Source: Candidatus Babeliales bacterium
GTDB taxonomy: Bacteria > Babelota > Babeliae > Babelales > JANWKD01
DNA: 64,000 bases
NCBI GenBank assembly: GCA_963701665.1
Contig: OY969622.1
Location: 184,658-248,657, forward strand
Reading direction: 5' to 3'
Of the stretch, positions 63,646 to 64,000 are shown piece after piece. The translations under genes and the position numbers were made by a program. The notes below the pieces were generated by a model, which was given only the letters and a program-made list of their open reading frames with translations, ran no database searches and was not told where the DNA came from. Position 1 is the first letter of the stretch. The number at the start of each line of letters is the position of its first letter.

Positions 63646-64000
63646 ATGAATAAAAATATAGCTTTTTTGATGTTTTTATCCTGTTTTACAGGGTTATTTG
63701 CTATGGAAGAGCGCCCTCGGGCCCAGTTCGTTGCATTGACCCCTTATGATTTTTTAGGCCTCGACAAAACAGCAAAACCTGAAGATATAACAAAAAGTTA
63801 CAGAAAATTAGCATCTGTAATTCATCCCGATAAATCTAAAAAGCCCATGGCTGAAGAGTGCTTCAAAGCAATTTGTAATGCTCATGAAGTGCTTGGCGAC
63901 GATAAAGTGAAAGCTTATTACGATGAGCAGGATTGGCAAGGTTGGACAAATCCTGCATCCAGTACTGTAGTGGATAGTGAAGTTATGAAGATACATGCCC
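63646..64000 (+). CDS. Secreted J-domain protein, tandem paralogue of 61050-63608; 3' end beyond the window
   Basis: Not in the track because it has no stop within the window. Hand translation gives MNKNIAFLMFLSCFTGLFAM-EERPRAQFVALTPYDFLGLDKTAKPEDITKSYRKLASVIHPDKSKK... The RBS/start context (aatggagtttttatgaataaaaatata) is identical to the upstream gene's. Confidence 0.65.
   Translation, partial: MNKNIAFLMFLSCFTGLFAMEERPRAQFVALTPYDFLGLDKTAKPEDITKSYRKLASVIHPDKSKKPMAEECFKAICNAHEVLGDDKVKAYYDEQDWQGWTNPASSTVVDSEVMKIHA

Overview
Visibly AT-rich, coding-dense bacterial chromosome segment. Housekeeping genes: msrA-msrB, GH1 and GH3 glycosidases, an MGDG-synthase-like GT28, mutL, prmC, ftsY, rnhB, fpg/nei, cfa, mgtE, rluD, ftsL-ftsI, a class I aldolase, tRNA-Lys and tRNA-Glu. 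These are interleaved with many lineage-specific proteins carrying signal peptides, often in tandem paralogous arrays. The arrays include WD40-like and J-domain proteins, which fits a host-associated or intracellular lifestyle; a Dependentiae/TM6-like organism is only an unverified guess. The accessory content is rich: an intact IS110-family element, a solitary IS200-type TnpA element, an IS5-family element with 20-bp inverted repeats, at least five copies of a roughly 100-bp MITE/REP-like palindromic element, two type II toxin-antitoxin modules, a GIY-YIG protein, and a large serine recombinase whose stop codon lies inside tRNA-Glu. The headline is the IS110 element (13629-14827, minus strand), which sits exactly inside a MITE terminal inverted repeat. 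Its 226-bp non-coding left end folds into two stem/internal-loop/hairpin modules. The loop sequences match the flanking target in one module and the element's own ends in the other, which is the architecture of a bridge (seek) RNA guiding a DEDD recombinase. A sigma70-like promoter would form across the joined ends on circularisation. No CRISPR array or rRNA was seen.
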